This document shows positions 1-10,560 of a stretch of 64,000 nt of DNA, piece by piece. Origin of the DNA: Candidatus Berkiellales bacterium (GTDB taxonomy: Bacteria; Pseudomonadota; Gammaproteobacteria; Berkiellales; Berkiellaceae); the NCBI GenBank assembly GCA_044445585.1, contig JBIOEB010000001.1, positions 520 through 64,519 on the forward strand, in the 5' to 3' direction. A model generated the notes under the pieces. The model was not told the origin of the DNA, made no database searches, and worked only from the letters and a program-made list of their open reading frames with translations. How positions within the stretch are numbered: position 1 is the first letter of the stretch; every line of letters starts with the position of its first letter. A program made the position numbers and the translations under genes.

Positions 1-924
1 CGCAACGTAGATTTGTTAGAAGCTATGAAACACAATATTTTGATGACTTTATTTGATGGTGACAATTTATATAAAAGAGTAACAAATCCTTTCCTACCAT
101 TAACTGAAACTCAACTTTTACTCATCGCGTTGCAATCGGCAAGAGGCTTGAAAGCGATCCACGAAAAAAATGTTCTGCATTGTGATATTAAACCCGCAAA
201 TATGAAAGTAAAAATCACTGGATCGGGTGGTCAAAATATTACGGTGAATATTTGCGATAATGGTCTATCGATAATTTTACCTCCCGGTAAGACATCTACT
301 TTTGGACAACCAGCCGGTACGCCGCTTTATATGGCACCGGAAATCAATCGTGGATTATTTTCGCAAGAAGCAGACATCTATGCGTTAGGAAAATCGTTTA
401 AGGAGGATTTGAAATTACCTAGGGATGTTCAAAGATTTATCGATACCATGCTCGATAGCCACTTGTCTATGCGTCCTCATATTGATACGGTTATACAATG
501 CTTGATTAACGCTTTAGAATTAAGAGCCCAAACGCTTGATGCAGATGGGAGTAGAATTTTAATGGAAGCAAAACAACAACTCAATCCTTCTTTTGTGGTA
601 AATCCTCATAATCCTCCCATTGATTATTTACGAAACTTTGCGGTACGACCCACACCATCACCTGCTCCACTGGCTTCTCAACCCGTTTTGCATCAATTTA
701 GCATGCTACTGGGGTTGGGAGATGGTGCTCCAACCGAAACAATAACAGAAGATCTCATGGCGTTATGTTCTATTGAGCAACCTAAGTCGTTTGATCCGAT
801 GGAACTAGATAAAGTTAATCAGTCCGAGCCAATCATGTTTAATTTCTCACCCTATGCAGGAAAGACGGAAATGGCACCTCAAATACAATTTGCATCGCCA
901 TTTTCAAAAGCTTTTGCATTTTGA
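1..924 (+). CDS. Eukaryote-like Ser/Thr protein kinase, 5' partial, with Pro-rich C-terminal tail
   Basis: HCDIKPAN catalytic loop, CDNG at the DFG position, GTPLYMAPE, DIYALG; frame is open from base 1, so the N-lobe lies outside the window. Confidence 0.85.
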   Translation, partial: RNVDLLEAMKHNILMTLFDGDNLYKRVTNPFLPLTETQLLLIALQSARGLKAIHEKNVLHCDIKPANMKVKITGSGGQNITVNICDNGLSIILPPGKTSTFGQPAGTPLYMAPEINRGLFSQEADIYALGKSFKEDLKLPRDVQRFIDTMLDSHLSMRPHIDTVIQCLINALELRAQTLDADGSRILMEAKQQLNPSFVVNPHNPPIDYLRNFAVRPTPSPAPLASQPVLHQFSMLLGLGDGAPTETITEDLMALCSIEQPKSFDPMELDKVNQSEPIMFNFSPYAGKTEMAPQIQFASPFSKAFAF

Positions 925-947
925 TGTTAAACAGCAATAAGCTGTCA

Positions 948-1109
948 GATAAATTTGGATAATTTGCAGTATGGATCTGTCTTCCCGGAATCCCGCATCA
1001 AGTGCGGGACAAGTTTAGCTATAATTAGCGAGCAAGCGAGCGTTAGTGTCGCTTAATATCCGGGAAGACAGGTCTGAAATTTTTGAATGAAAATTTATCC
1101 ATCTTTATC
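948..1109. repeat. Nested palindromic intergenic element (MITE/REP-like)
   Basis: Outer imperfect IR GATAAATTTGGATAATTT/AAATTTATCCATCTTTATC; inner IR CTGTCTTCCCGGA/TCCGGGAAGACAG; central hairpin TCCCGCA-TCAAG-TGCGGGA. Confidence 0.7.
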
Positions 1110-1126
1110 TAAAACGCTGTATAAGC

Positions 1127-1651
1127 TCAAAATTTACGCTTTAGTACTCTGATAAAATAGTCTTCTTTCTGTTTGGGTTTATCTTCTGTGTTTTTTGCTG
1201 ACGACGGTTCATCTGTCACTGTGGTGGGTACAGCAAGCTGGAATTGTGCTTGAGGAGTCATCGCGGGAGATGGCGCTGGGGTTGGAGATGGCTCCGGGGC
1301 TGGATTTGCTCCACCTTTTCCTAAGACACTTTCTATATAGCGGTCAAGCTCAATTTCATCTTCAGCGTCTTGCAGCAATTTCTTTACATATCCTGTTGTC
1401 CCTCGTGTTGCATCTGCTTCTGCTTTAAATTCATTAAAATGATTCACATTTACTGGAGATAACGCATTTAATATTTCAGTCACTTTTGCAGCAATATCTG
1501 GATCGGGATCATAAGATAATTCATACAAATCCCAGAAAAATTCAACATCGATACCTTGACTCACATATTTTACTTCAAAGGGATAATGTTTTCGACTAAG
1601 ACTTTTACCTGTTGCCATCACATCCACCTCTATATTTATAATGTAATCCAA
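1127..1651 (-). CDS. Hypothetical protein with Pro-rich linker
   Basis: 174-aa ORF, NPAPEPSPTPAPSPAM tract; no recognised domain. Confidence 0.6.
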   Translation of the reverse strand: MDYIINIEVDVMATGKSLSRKHYPFEVKYVSQGIDVEFFWDLYELSYDPDPDIAAKVTEILNALSPVNVNHFNEFKAEADATRGTTGYVKKLLQDAEDEIELDRYIESVLGKGGANPAPEPSPTPAPSPAMTPQAQFQLAVPTTVTDEPSSAKNTEDKPKQKEDYFIRVLKRKF

Positions 1652-1657
1652 TCGAAA

Positions 1658-1906
1658 CTAATTCTTGGGAGGTGTACTCCTTTCAAACAAATCGTTTCTA
1701 CATGCAATTTCGGTTTCGACTCTCGATAGTCGTTCTTCTAATTCTTCAATCTGAGAAATTCTCTCGATATATCGTTCAAACATTAAAAGCAGTTGCTTTT
1801 CATCTTGATTAAGTTGATTGTATCGAGCAGCTTTGTCGTCTCCTTCGGCAGTCAGGATAGGATAGAATTTGTCAATGAATACTTCAGGGCCCGATTGTTG
1901 TGACAT
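1658..1906 (-). CDS. Small hypothetical coiled-coil protein
   Basis: 82-aa ORF with GAGG upstream, 6 nt from the next ORF. Confidence 0.55.
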   Translation of the reverse strand: MSQQSGPEVFIDKFYPILTAEGDDKAARYNQLNQDEKQLLLMFERYIERISQIEELEERLSRVETEIACRNDLFERSTPPKN

Positions 1907-2009
1907 GATAAAACCCTCATACTGCTCACGTTAATTATTAAAATGTTCAAATTATACCAAACAAATCTTATGTTGTGTGTACTTACAAACCCACATATCG
2001 ATAGGTTTT

Positions 2010-3290
2010 TTATGAAGCCAGAACTGCGGATGTCGCTTCCTGCTCTTGCCAGGTATTATCGTACTGATTAATCGTCGATCGCAGCACCAACAACAAAATA
2101 AGCCCAGGTAGCGCCACTACTACGGACCACAAGAAAAACTCATCCCAACCCACCGTATTGACTAAAATCCCCGCAGAAGGCCCAGTAAACACACGGCCAA
2201 TCGCTGCAATAGCACTAAATAAGGCGAATTGTGTCGCCGTATGCTGCAGGTTACATAAACTCATCACAAAACCCATAAACGCTGCGGTGCCAAGTCCACC
2301 GGCAAAATTTTCGCCACAAACGGTTAAAACCAACATGCCATAATGTGGCCCAGTAAAAGTTAATCCATAAAAAAGCAAATTGGTTACTGCTTGGCAGATC
2401 CCAAACCATAACAGTGCTTTAAACATCCCCAATTTATTTAATAACAGCCCACCCACAAACACGCCACAAAGCGAAGCTAAAATCCCACCCAGTTTATTGA
2501 CGACACCGACATCCTGCAATGTAAAACCAACCCCTTTCAATAAAAAAGACGTGGTTAAACTTCCGGCAAAAGCATCACCCAATTTATACAAAACAATAAA
2601 AAATAATAAAATAATGGCATTTTTACGCGATAAAAATTCTTTAAAGGGCTCCATACACGCTTTAACAAATGGCATTTCTGGTAAACGGTGATGTTCGGGT
2701 TCTTTGCCCAATAATGTGGCGATAACGCCAATCAACATTAAAGCCGCCATTAAAAAATAAGCAAAAGAAAATCCGGTATAATGAGCAATGATTAAGGTGA
2801 GGGACGTCGATACTAACATGGCAATCCGATAACCGTAGGTTGTCATGGCGATCCCTAAACCACGTTCTTTTTCGGTTAACATTTCAGTACGGTAAGCATC
2901 GTAAGCAATATCTTGCGTTGCCGACAAAAAAGCTAAACAAAGCGCTAAAAAAGCAAGTTGCCCAGGCGCATTTGCCGGATCGGAGAATCCCATCCAACAT
3001 AAAATTGCACTCAAGCCACATTGAGTGGCAATGATCCAACCCCGCCGTAATCCCAAAAATGGCAATCGCCATTTATCAAGCAACGGTGCCCAAACAAATT
3101 TATACACATAGGGTTGCCCGACCAAAGATAAGAAACCAATGGTCACAATATCCACATCGGCCATGGTATACCAAGCTTGTAGCGTGGTGCCAGAAAGCCC
3201 CAAAGGTAATCCTGAGGCAAATCCAAGCATTAAAATGAGAAGCATTTTTCTTTGAAAAAGAAGATGAAACCAAGCGGGTTTGTTTTTCAT
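2010..3290 (-). CDS. ampG: AmpG muropeptide MFS permease
   Basis: LGFASGLPL, PYVYKFVWAPLLD, RRGW, SATQDIAYDAYR, ATQFAL motifs. Confidence 0.93.
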   Translation of the reverse strand: MKNKPAWFHLLFQRKMLLILMLGFASGLPLGLSGTTLQAWYTMADVDIVTIGFLSLVGQPYVYKFVWAPLLDKWRLPFLGLRRGWIIATQCGLSAILCWMGFSDPANAPGQLAFLALCLAFLSATQDIAYDAYRTEMLTEKERGLGIAMTTYGYRIAMLVSTSLTLIIAHYTGFSFAYFLMAALMLIGVIATLLGKEPEHHRLPEMPFVKACMEPFKEFLSRKNAIILLFFIVLYKLGDAFAGSLTTSFLLKGVGFTLQDVGVVNKLGGILASLCGVFVGGLLLNKLGMFKALLWFGICQAVTNLLFYGLTFTGPHYGMLVLTVCGENFAGGLGTAAFMGFVMSLCNLQHTATQFALFSAIAAIGRVFTGPSAGILVNTVGWDEFFLWSVVVALPGLILLLVLRSTINQYDNTWQEQEATSAVLAS

Positions 3291-3381
3291 TAGTTAATAT
3301 TCCAACTCATTGAGACGCTATTTTAAATTGGATCTATTTGAATTATAAGGTTTAAAGAAGTCTTAAAATTAAGATCCAAAC

Positions 3382-4158
3382 GTGCAAATCACCACTAAAA
3401 TCAGTTTGATTTCTATTTTACTTATAAACGGAAATATTGCCAATGCTGCGCTGTCTTCAGTGATTGCCGATTACCAAGCCTATTATTACCAGGCGCAAGG
3501 GATCCCCTATTTCATCAGCGGGCTCACTGTTAGCGGGGTACTCGCCAACACCCATGCGGACCTTTCAATTCAAACTAACTGGCAACAACATATTCGCAAT
3601 CAATTTACCAATGAGTTATCAGATCGAGTAGATAATTACGGCGATCTTGCGCAATATCAAGTCAGCATCCCTATTTACCTTACGGCTCTATGGTTAAGCC
3701 ACACTTTTCAAGATCATTCTTCATTCGATGCGATTGGAAAATGGAGCGATCATTCTTTACGAACCATTTTTCTCGGCGCACCACAGCAAGCATTATTGAC
3801 CCAATTACTGGGAAGTGGTCGCCCCTTGACTGAATCTTCCAATTGGCGCTGGTTTAAATATAATCGCGCAGTCAGTGGTCATGCTTTTTATGGCGCCGTG
3901 CCGTTATTAAATCTTGCTAAACAAAATGATAATATTTGGATTAAATTAAGCGCTTATACTCTTTCAACCCTACCTGCTCTCGCCCGGATCAATAATAATA
4001 AACACTACACTTCACAAGCGTTTTTGGGTTGGTGGCTTGCCTTTAGCACAACACAAATTGTGTGGCGAGAACCAATAGTTAGTAAAAAACCCCAATTAAC
4101 TTGGCAATTAATGCCTATTGAAAATACAATTTGTTTAGGACTAAATCTAAAACTTTGA
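3382..4158 (+). CDS. PAP2-family phosphatase
   Basis: GRP...SGHA...RINNNKHYTSQ matches the three PAP2 motifs; N-terminal signal-like segment. Confidence 0.75.
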   Translation: MQITTKISLISILLINGNIANAALSSVIADYQAYYYQAQGIPYFISGLTVSGVLANTHADLSIQTNWQQHIRNQFTNELSDRVDNYGDLAQYQVSIPIYLTALWLSHTFQDHSSFDAIGKWSDHSLRTIFLGAPQQALLTQLLGSGRPLTESSNWRWFKYNRAVSGHAFYGAVPLLNLAKQNDNIWIKLSAYTLSTLPALARINNNKHYTSQAFLGWWLAFSTTQIVWREPIVSKKPQLTWQLMPIENTICLGLNLKL

Positions 4159-4210
4159 TATAGTAGTTTTTTGTCATTTATAATTATTTTTACAAAGAGA
4201 GGATCAATCC

Positions 4211-4978
4211 ATGAGACTTACCCTGGTGGCCGCCTTAACCGCAATGAGCTTATGTTGTTTAAGTGATTTTGCTTTGGGCGCAGATAAAAAAGTTACTCAA
4301 CTTAAAGATAAAAAAGACAAAATTAGCTATAGCATTGGTGTTGATATTGGCAAAAGCATTCAACAAAAAGACATTGCAATCAATATGGATACTTTCATTG
4401 CAGGCTTTAAAGATGGGCAAGCAGGAAAATTAACGAAAATGACCGAAGACGACGTCCGTCAAACATTGGTGGCGCTGCAAGCTGAAATTATCGAAAAACA
4501 AAAATCTGCTCAGCAAGCACAATCTGGCAAAAATCTTGCTGATGGCGAAAAATTCCTGACTGATAACAAAAAACAAAAAGGCGTGGTAGCGCTACCTAGC
4601 GGTTTACAATATCGCATTATTTCCGAAGGCAAAGGCGATTCTCCTACCCTGAATGACACCGTCACCGCTCAATATCGTGGCAAACTGATTAACGGCACCG
4701 AATTTGATAGCTCCTATAGTCACGGTGGTCCTGTTAAATTTGAAGTGAAAAATGTGATCCCAGGTTGGACTGAAGCCTTACAATTAATGAAACCGGGCGC
4801 AAAATGGGAATTATTTATTCCGCCTAAACTTGCTTATGGTCAACAAAGCATTGGTCAAGTTATTGGGCCTAATTCTACCCTGATTTTTGAAGTTGAATTG
4901 ATCACGGTTGAAAAACAAACTGCAAAAGCAAATGCAAAACCGGGCGACAAAACAGCTCAATCGAATGGGAATAAATAA
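4211..4978 (+). CDS. mip: Mip/FkpA-type FKBP peptidyl-prolyl isomerase
   Basis: Signal peptide, KDKISYSIG dimerisation domain, LPSGLQY, FDSSY, VIPGWTEALQLM, PNSTLIFEVEL. Confidence 0.9.
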   Translation: MRLTLVAALTAMSLCCLSDFALGADKKVTQLKDKKDKISYSIGVDIGKSIQQKDIAINMDTFIAGFKDGQAGKLTKMTEDDVRQTLVALQAEIIEKQKSAQQAQSGKNLADGEKFLTDNKKQKGVVALPSGLQYRIISEGKGDSPTLNDTVTAQYRGKLINGTEFDSSYSHGGPVKFEVKNVIPGWTEALQLMKPGAKWELFIPPKLAYGQQSIGQVIGPNSTLIFEVELITVEKQTAKANAKPGDKTAQSNGNK

Positions 4979-4984
4979 TTTTTC

Positions 4985-5010
4985 GGGGCCGTATGGCCCC
5001 TTCCTTTTTC
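4985..5010 (+). terminator. Possible intrinsic terminator after mip
   Basis: GGGGCC-GTAT-GGCCCC followed by a T-rich run. Confidence 0.55.
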
Positions 5011-5026
5011 TTGCTCTTTTCACCTT

Positions 5027-6565
5027 ATGACTAATGATCCCGCCCTTGAACAAAAATTAGCCAGAGCTTTAGCCCTTTCGCAAAATGATCAACAAACAGA
5101 CCAAGCCATACTGCTCTTTCAAGAAATTTTACAGCAATGGCCGACGCAGCCATTTGCGTTACATGGCTTAGGGATGGTTTATGCGCAACAGCGCAATTTT
5201 TCAAAAGCTATTTTTTACTTAGAGCAAGCAGTCAAAGCTGCGCCACAAATTGCTGAATTTCATAATAACCTCGGCAATGCATACAAAGCTGCCAATCAGC
5301 CGGACGATGCGCTACGTCATTATCATGAGGCATTACGCATCAAACCTCGCTATCCGCAGGTACATAATAATTTGGGATCATTATATTATCGGCTGGGAGA
5401 TTATAAACAAGCAGCAGATCATTTCGAAAAATCCTTGCGGATGGATCCCTTAGCGGTAGATACCCATTACAATTTAGCCAATTGTTATATTCAACAAGAT
5501 CGTCTATTAGATGCTGTTTCACATTTTCAAGAAGTGCTTAAATTACGGCCCGAACATCTTGGTGCGCTGCATAATCTTGGCATAACTTTATCGGCATTAA
5601 AGCACTTCCAAGAAGCCAAACCGTTATTGGAACAAGTGATTGAACGCGAACCCAATAATGTTGATGCACTATTTCATTTGGGAATTATTTATAGCGCCCT
5701 AGCTGAAGAAACCAAAGCAAAAAGCTGCTATGAACGAGTGCTTATTTTAAATCCGCAACATGCCAATGCACATCATAATTTAGCGACAATCTATTTGCAT
5801 CTGAACCAACCCGATTTAGCATTAAAGCAATATCAATTGGCTTTGATTTACGAGCCAAATAATAAAACGGCAGAGCATATGATCGCCGCCTTAATGGGCA
5901 AAACATTAGAAAGCGGCGCACCTTTAGAATATACCCGCGCCTTGTTTGATCAATACGCGTATAACTATGAGCAACACGTTAAAGAAAAATTACTCTATCA
6001 AGTTCCTTTTCTGCTGCGTGATGCCGTCACACCATTTATAGCACCCGGAAAAGAACTATGGACCGTGTTAGATCTCGGTTGCGGTACCGGCCTTTGTGCT
6101 CCTTTTTTTGCCGATGTTGCCGGAAAATTAATTGGCGTAGATATCTCCCCCAATATGATCGACGTGGCAAGGCAACGCGGTGGTTATTATAAACTGTTTG
6201 TGATGGATGCTTTAACCTTTTTAAAAGGGCATGAAGCAGAATTTGAGTTAATTATTTCGGCTGACGTTTTTGTTTATTTTGGTGAGCTCGACAATATTTT
6301 TAAAGCATGCAGCAAGGCCTTAAAACCTAAAGGCTTATTTTGCTTTTCAATTGAAAAGTTAACAGCGGAAGAAGTGGGTAAAGATCTTACGCATCCTCAA
6401 TTTCAGCTGCGAAAAACAGGAAGATATGCACATCATCCTGATTATATTCACCAGCTTGCGATGCAGCATCATTTTACCATTGGATCAGAGAAGCAAGCGG
6501 TTTTACGGCATCAGGAAGAGGGTCCGATTAGTGGGGACATTTATGTGTTAATTCGAGCCCAATGA
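5027..6565 (+). CDS. TPR-repeat protein with C-terminal class I SAM methyltransferase
   Basis: About 8 TPRs (HNNLG, HYNLA), LFDQYA, VLDLGCGTG, GVDISPNM, ADVFVYFG. Confidence 0.9.
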   Translation: MTNDPALEQKLARALALSQNDQQTDQAILLFQEILQQWPTQPFALHGLGMVYAQQRNFSKAIFYLEQAVKAAPQIAEFHNNLGNAYKAANQPDDALRHYHEALRIKPRYPQVHNNLGSLYYRLGDYKQAADHFEKSLRMDPLAVDTHYNLANCYIQQDRLLDAVSHFQEVLKLRPEHLGALHNLGITLSALKHFQEAKPLLEQVIEREPNNVDALFHLGIIYSALAEETKAKSCYERVLILNPQHANAHHNLATIYLHLNQPDLALKQYQLALIYEPNNKTAEHMIAALMGKTLESGAPLEYTRALFDQYAYNYEQHVKEKLLYQVPFLLRDAVTPFIAPGKELWTVLDLGCGTGLCAPFFADVAGKLIGVDISPNMIDVARQRGGYYKLFVMDALTFLKGHEAEFELIISADVFVYFGELDNIFKACSKALKPKGLFCFSIEKLTAEEVGKDLTHPQFQLRKTGRYAHHPDYIHQLAMQHHFTIGSEKQAVLRHQEEGPISGDIYVLIRAQ

Positions 6566-6662
6566 TGCTTCGCATCATGAAGTGAGATGCGTATATGCAC
6601 TTTACTCTTAGTAAACGACTATAATAGTATTAATGTATATAACATAAAAAATTAGGTGTTTC

Positions 6663-7250
6663 ATGCATACGCCCCCTCATCTTATAAACTATTTATTAAT
6701 TGGTGTATTAATCTTTTTATTAATGTACTTTACCGTCATTTTTAATAATTTAATTTCACTTAAAAACAATGTTAAAAAGGCTTGGGCGAATATCGATGTT
6801 CTGCTGAAACAACGTCACGACGAGCTACCCAAACTCGTTCAAACTTGCCAACAATACATGGAATATGAAAAACCTACCTTAGAAAGCATCACGCAAGCAC
6901 GCTCACTTGCGATGAAAGCAAGGGAACAAGGAGATATTGCCGCATTGGGCAAAGCCGAATTTCAACTTAAAGATACCTTAGGCCATTTATTTGCCTTGGC
7001 AGAAAATTACCCGGATCTTAAAACCAATCAAACTTTTATTCATCTGCAAGAAAGAATATCTGGCTTAGAGAACTCTATTGCCGACCGTCGAGAACTTTAT
7101 AACGAAAGTGTGACGCTCAATAACATCCGATTAGAGCAATTTCCGGATTTAATCATTGGTAAGCTGTTTTGTTTTAAGAATTTTATTCCCTTAGAATTTA
7201 CCCCAGCTGAAACAGCAGATGTTGATATTTCGGCTTCTTTTAAAAAATAA
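6663..7250 (+). CDS. lemA: LemA family protein
   Basis: N-terminal TM, AWANIDVLLKQRHD, AENYPDLK, RRELYNESV. Confidence 0.92.
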   Translation: MHTPPHLINYLLIGVLIFLLMYFTVIFNNLISLKNNVKKAWANIDVLLKQRHDELPKLVQTCQQYMEYEKPTLESITQARSLAMKAREQGDIAALGKAEFQLKDTLGHLFALAENYPDLKTNQTFIHLQERISGLENSIADRRELYNESVTLNNIRLEQFPDLIIGKLFCFKNFIPLEFTPAETADVDISASFKK

Positions 7251-7253
7251 CAT

Positions 7254-8021
7254 ATGAATATCCCCCTATTTTTGGCTCAACCGGTGAACACCAGTGCGAT
7301 CAAAATGATCCCCTGGGTGACTTTTATGGTGATCATGGGATGTTTTATCCTATTTTTGCTGTTCTTCTTTTACCAATCTTATAAATATCTTCTTAAAGCG
7401 AGGATCGTCGAAGACACCGCCACCGCTAAAATCCGCTCGGCAGCACAGGGCTATACCGAATTACGAGGTATTCAACATCCCTTATCAGGTCAACCGTTGA
7501 TCGCCTCGTTAACTAAACGCCCTTGTACTTGGTATGCTTATACGATTGAACACTACTATAGCGAACGCTGGACATTACTCGAACAACGTCAAAGCGATCA
7601 ACCATTTGAACTTCACGATGACACCGGTGTTTGTATTATCGATCCCAAAGGCGCCCAAATCACGACGCCATGCGAAGACAGCTGGTTTGGTTTTGCTCGT
7701 TTTCCTAAGGGAAAACCACGTACTTTGATTGGCCGTTTAATTGGATCGTTAGGTCGCTATCGCTATCGTGAATGGCGCATGGAAGAAGGAATGTCTTTAT
7801 CTGCGGTTGGAAATTTTCGCACCCAGGAAAATGAAAAATCCTATTTAGGTGTTCATCGCTTATCAGGGGAAGGATTAACCCCTCGAAACCCTTTTATCTT
7901 ATCTGCTTACGATCAAGCTAAAGTGATCCGTCAATATCAAACTCAATCTTTTTGCTGGTTTTTGGCTTATATTGGTTTATTTGCGCTAGTCGTATGGATT
8001 TTGATTGCGCGATTATATTAG
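7254..8021 (+). CDS. LemA-associated membrane protein (GIDE-like)
   Basis: TM, EDTATAKIRSAAQGYTEL, FELHDDTG..IDPKGA, C-terminal TM. Confidence 0.7.
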   Translation: MNIPLFLAQPVNTSAIKMIPWVTFMVIMGCFILFLLFFFYQSYKYLLKARIVEDTATAKIRSAAQGYTELRGIQHPLSGQPLIASLTKRPCTWYAYTIEHYYSERWTLLEQRQSDQPFELHDDTGVCIIDPKGAQITTPCEDSWFGFARFPKGKPRTLIGRLIGSLGRYRYREWRMEEGMSLSAVGNFRTQENEKSYLGVHRLSGEGLTPRNPFILSAYDQAKVIRQYQTQSFCWFLAYIGLFALVVWILIARLY

Positions 8022-8308
8022 TAGGGGACGGCCTCTCAAAATCCCTCTGTTCCCCCGGCTTTCGCCGGGGCTAAAGGCGCACCTCTCCCTTTTTCAAAGG
8101 GAGAGATTATGTGGGCTGCGCCCACACAAGAAAGGATCTGTCGCGTAGCGACATCATGTCTCCCTTTGAAATAGGGACACATTATGTGGGCTGCGCCCAC
8201 ACAACAAAGGATCTGTCGCGTAGCGACATAATGTCTCCCTTTGAAAAAGGGAGACCGCGCGTAGCGCAGAGGGATTTTGGATTTTGCTGTGTCGTCCTGG
8301 GAAGAGTA
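8021..8308. repeat. GTAG-type REP split by an inserted 250-bp palindromic element containing a 75-bp tandem duplication
   Basis: REP halves at 8021-8036 and 8287-8308; insert ends CAAAATCCCTCTG/CAGAGGGATTTTG; 75-bp units at 8106-8180 and 8181-8255. Confidence 0.8.
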
Positions 8309-8309
8309 A

Positions 8310-8651
8310 TTAGGGGTGGTGAACGTTAGGACTAATCTTCGGCCCCGTCCGAACTAATTGATGCAATGCCTTTAATTGGCGGCTATAAAACGAATCGTCC
8401 GCAAACTTTGGTAACTCGCCCTCTATTGCAACGATTAATTTTGTATAATTTTCTGAAGGATGATTAGTGAAATTGTCGAGCAAATGGCTAATCACATCCC
8501 AACTTCTGCATACTTTATAATAATCAGGTTTGGTAATTGCTAACAATAAAGAATTATTCGAGCTTTTAGCCACGTACAAATAATTATGAATGCTGATGAG
8601 AATATCTTTAAGTTGATCATCTCCATCATCAGTCGTGTTTGTGATCGCCAT
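8310..8651 (-). CDS. Hypothetical protein
   Basis: 113-aa ORF with an upstream AGGT; no motif recognised. Confidence 0.5.
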   Translation of the reverse strand: MAITNTTDDGDDQLKDILISIHNYLYVAKSSNNSLLLAITKPDYYKVCRSWDVISHLLDNFTNHPSENYTKLIVAIEGELPKFADDSFYSRQLKALHQLVRTGPKISPNVHHP

Positions 8652-8879
8652 TCAAAAACCTACCAAACCTACCCACGCGTAAAAACAATGTGACTCGCAC
8701 ATACACTCCTATATCATTTTATGTTAGCATTTTAACCTATAAGTGTTAACAGCGTTTATGTGACCTATGACCAGAGTACTTATAAAAATCTTTTCGTAAG
8801 ATAGTGACTTTGCCTAGCAAAATAGTTTAAGTTCTAAAAAAGGACTTTAAATAATGGAATGACGAAAGGAGATCGCACC

Positions 8880-10496
8880 ATGACAGATCTGGCAACCGCC
8901 CCACGTACTATGCCAAACGATATACTCCGCGAAGAATATAATAAGTCACCTTACCAAAGTTTCCCATTTTTCCAAACGCATCCAAACCATCTATTCACGC
9001 TAGCTACCCTCTTTGGGTTATCCCCCACACCGCTTGAAAATGCGCGCGTACTGGAATTGGGTTGCGCCAGCGGTGGCAACTTAATCCCAATGGCTTATCT
9101 CAACCCCAAAGCAGAATTTTTGGGCATTGAACTCGCAGAAAAACAAGTGGAAGATGGCCTGCGACAAATAAAAGAACTCAAACTGAAAAATTTGACCTTA
9201 AGGCATCAATCAATCACCGAATTCGAACCCGTCGAAGGTAAATTTGATTATATTATCTGCCATGGCGTGTATTCTTGGGTAGATATTCCCGTCAGGGAAA
9301 AAATTCTCGATATTTGTCATCACAATCTCAATAAAGATGGCATTGCCTATGTAAGCTATAATACCTTTCCTGGCTGGAACATGGTCAATAGTGTTAAGGA
9401 TCTCATGCAATGGCATACCAAAGCCATTACCGATCCGGCGGTTAAAGCACAACAAGCACGGATTGTATTAAAATTTATTACCGATGGCCTATCAGAAGAT
9501 AAATCTCCCTACGCCGAATTTTTACGCAACGAAATTAATTTATTATCTAGACATGCTGATAGTTATTTATTACACGAACATCTTTCTAGTTTTAACAACC
9601 CTGTTTATTTTCATGATTTTATGGAGCAGGCTACCGAGCATAAATTATCTTATTTATCAGATGCCATTATCGAAACGATGTATACCGACAACTTACCACC
9701 CGTCTTTGCCAATGAACTTAAGAAGATCAGCAATATTATCATCACGGGTCAGTATATGGATTTTATTCGTAATCAGCGCTTTCGATGTACGCTGCTTTGT
9801 CACCAAGGTCAAATCGTCAATCGCTCACTCAAAACAATTGATATCGAACAATTTCATTTACAATTGATCGGAAAACCTCAGAACCCACAACTTTCTGACA
9901 AAGATATTGGCGAAGGTAAAGAAGTGGTTTTCGCTAATGCTGCTGTCACGTATAAAATACGCAACCCTATTTCACAACTAGCGATGCTCATTTTATTTGA
10001 AGAACACCAAAAACCCATTCATTATAGCGAGCTTTGCCAAAAAGTGGCTGAGCGCGGATCGGTGAAAGATCTTAATATCATTAAGCAATATCTTAATGAA
10101 GATTTAAATTTAATGCGCGCAGCATTGGCAGGGCTCATTTATCTTTCCTCTCATCCAGGAGAATTTAGCACCACGGTTACCGAAAAACCGCTGGCTTGTC
10201 CATTAGCAAGTTATCAAGCGAAAAACCTTGGGTATGCGACCAATCGTCGCCACCAAGCAGTTCGATTAGGCGCACTAACTCTTGTTATTTTACCTCATCT
10301 AGATGGAAAGCAGGATATCGATGCATTAATCAAAATTGCTGAGCAAAGCATTACTGAAGGAAAAATTTCGATCTTAGATAACAATAAGCAGCCTATTACT
10401 GATAAAGCGGTAATTGCGCAACAATTGCGCGAAGCCATTCAAAATGAATTTAAATTCTTGGCGTCTAATGCGTTGTTGATTGAAAGAATTAATTGA
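8880..10496 (+). CDS. Class I SAM methyltransferase with C-terminal regulatory domain
   Basis: THP, RVLELGCASGGNLIPMA, FDYIICHGVYSWV, SYNTFPGW, YLLHEHL; SD AAAGGAG before ATG 8880. Confidence 0.88.
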   Translation: MTDLATAPRTMPNDILREEYNKSPYQSFPFFQTHPNHLFTLATLFGLSPTPLENARVLELGCASGGNLIPMAYLNPKAEFLGIELAEKQVEDGLRQIKELKLKNLTLRHQSITEFEPVEGKFDYIICHGVYSWVDIPVREKILDICHHNLNKDGIAYVSYNTFPGWNMVNSVKDLMQWHTKAITDPAVKAQQARIVLKFITDGLSEDKSPYAEFLRNEINLLSRHADSYLLHEHLSSFNNPVYFHDFMEQATEHKLSYLSDAIIETMYTDNLPPVFANELKKISNIIITGQYMDFIRNQRFRCTLLCHQGQIVNRSLKTIDIEQFHLQLIGKPQNPQLSDKDIGEGKEVVFANAAVTYKIRNPISQLAMLILFEEHQKPIHYSELCQKVAERGSVKDLNIIKQYLNEDLNLMRAALAGLIYLSSHPGEFSTTVTEKPLACPLASYQAKNLGYATNRRHQAVRLGALTLVILPHLDGKQDIDALIKIAEQSITEGKISILDNNKQPITDKAVIAQQLREAIQNEFKFLASNALLIERIN

Positions 10497-10560
10497 CGAG
10501 AAAAATAATTTCTGGTGTGAGTCTAAGGTAACTTTAGGGGGAAGCAATTTCCCCCTATTT

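Noticed and set aside
8111-8329. 72-aa ORF with an internal repeat
   Set aside because: Lies almost entirely in the palindromic repeat; the same applies to ORFs 17610-17876, 17985-18173, 22691-22912, 53929-54165 and 59986-60276
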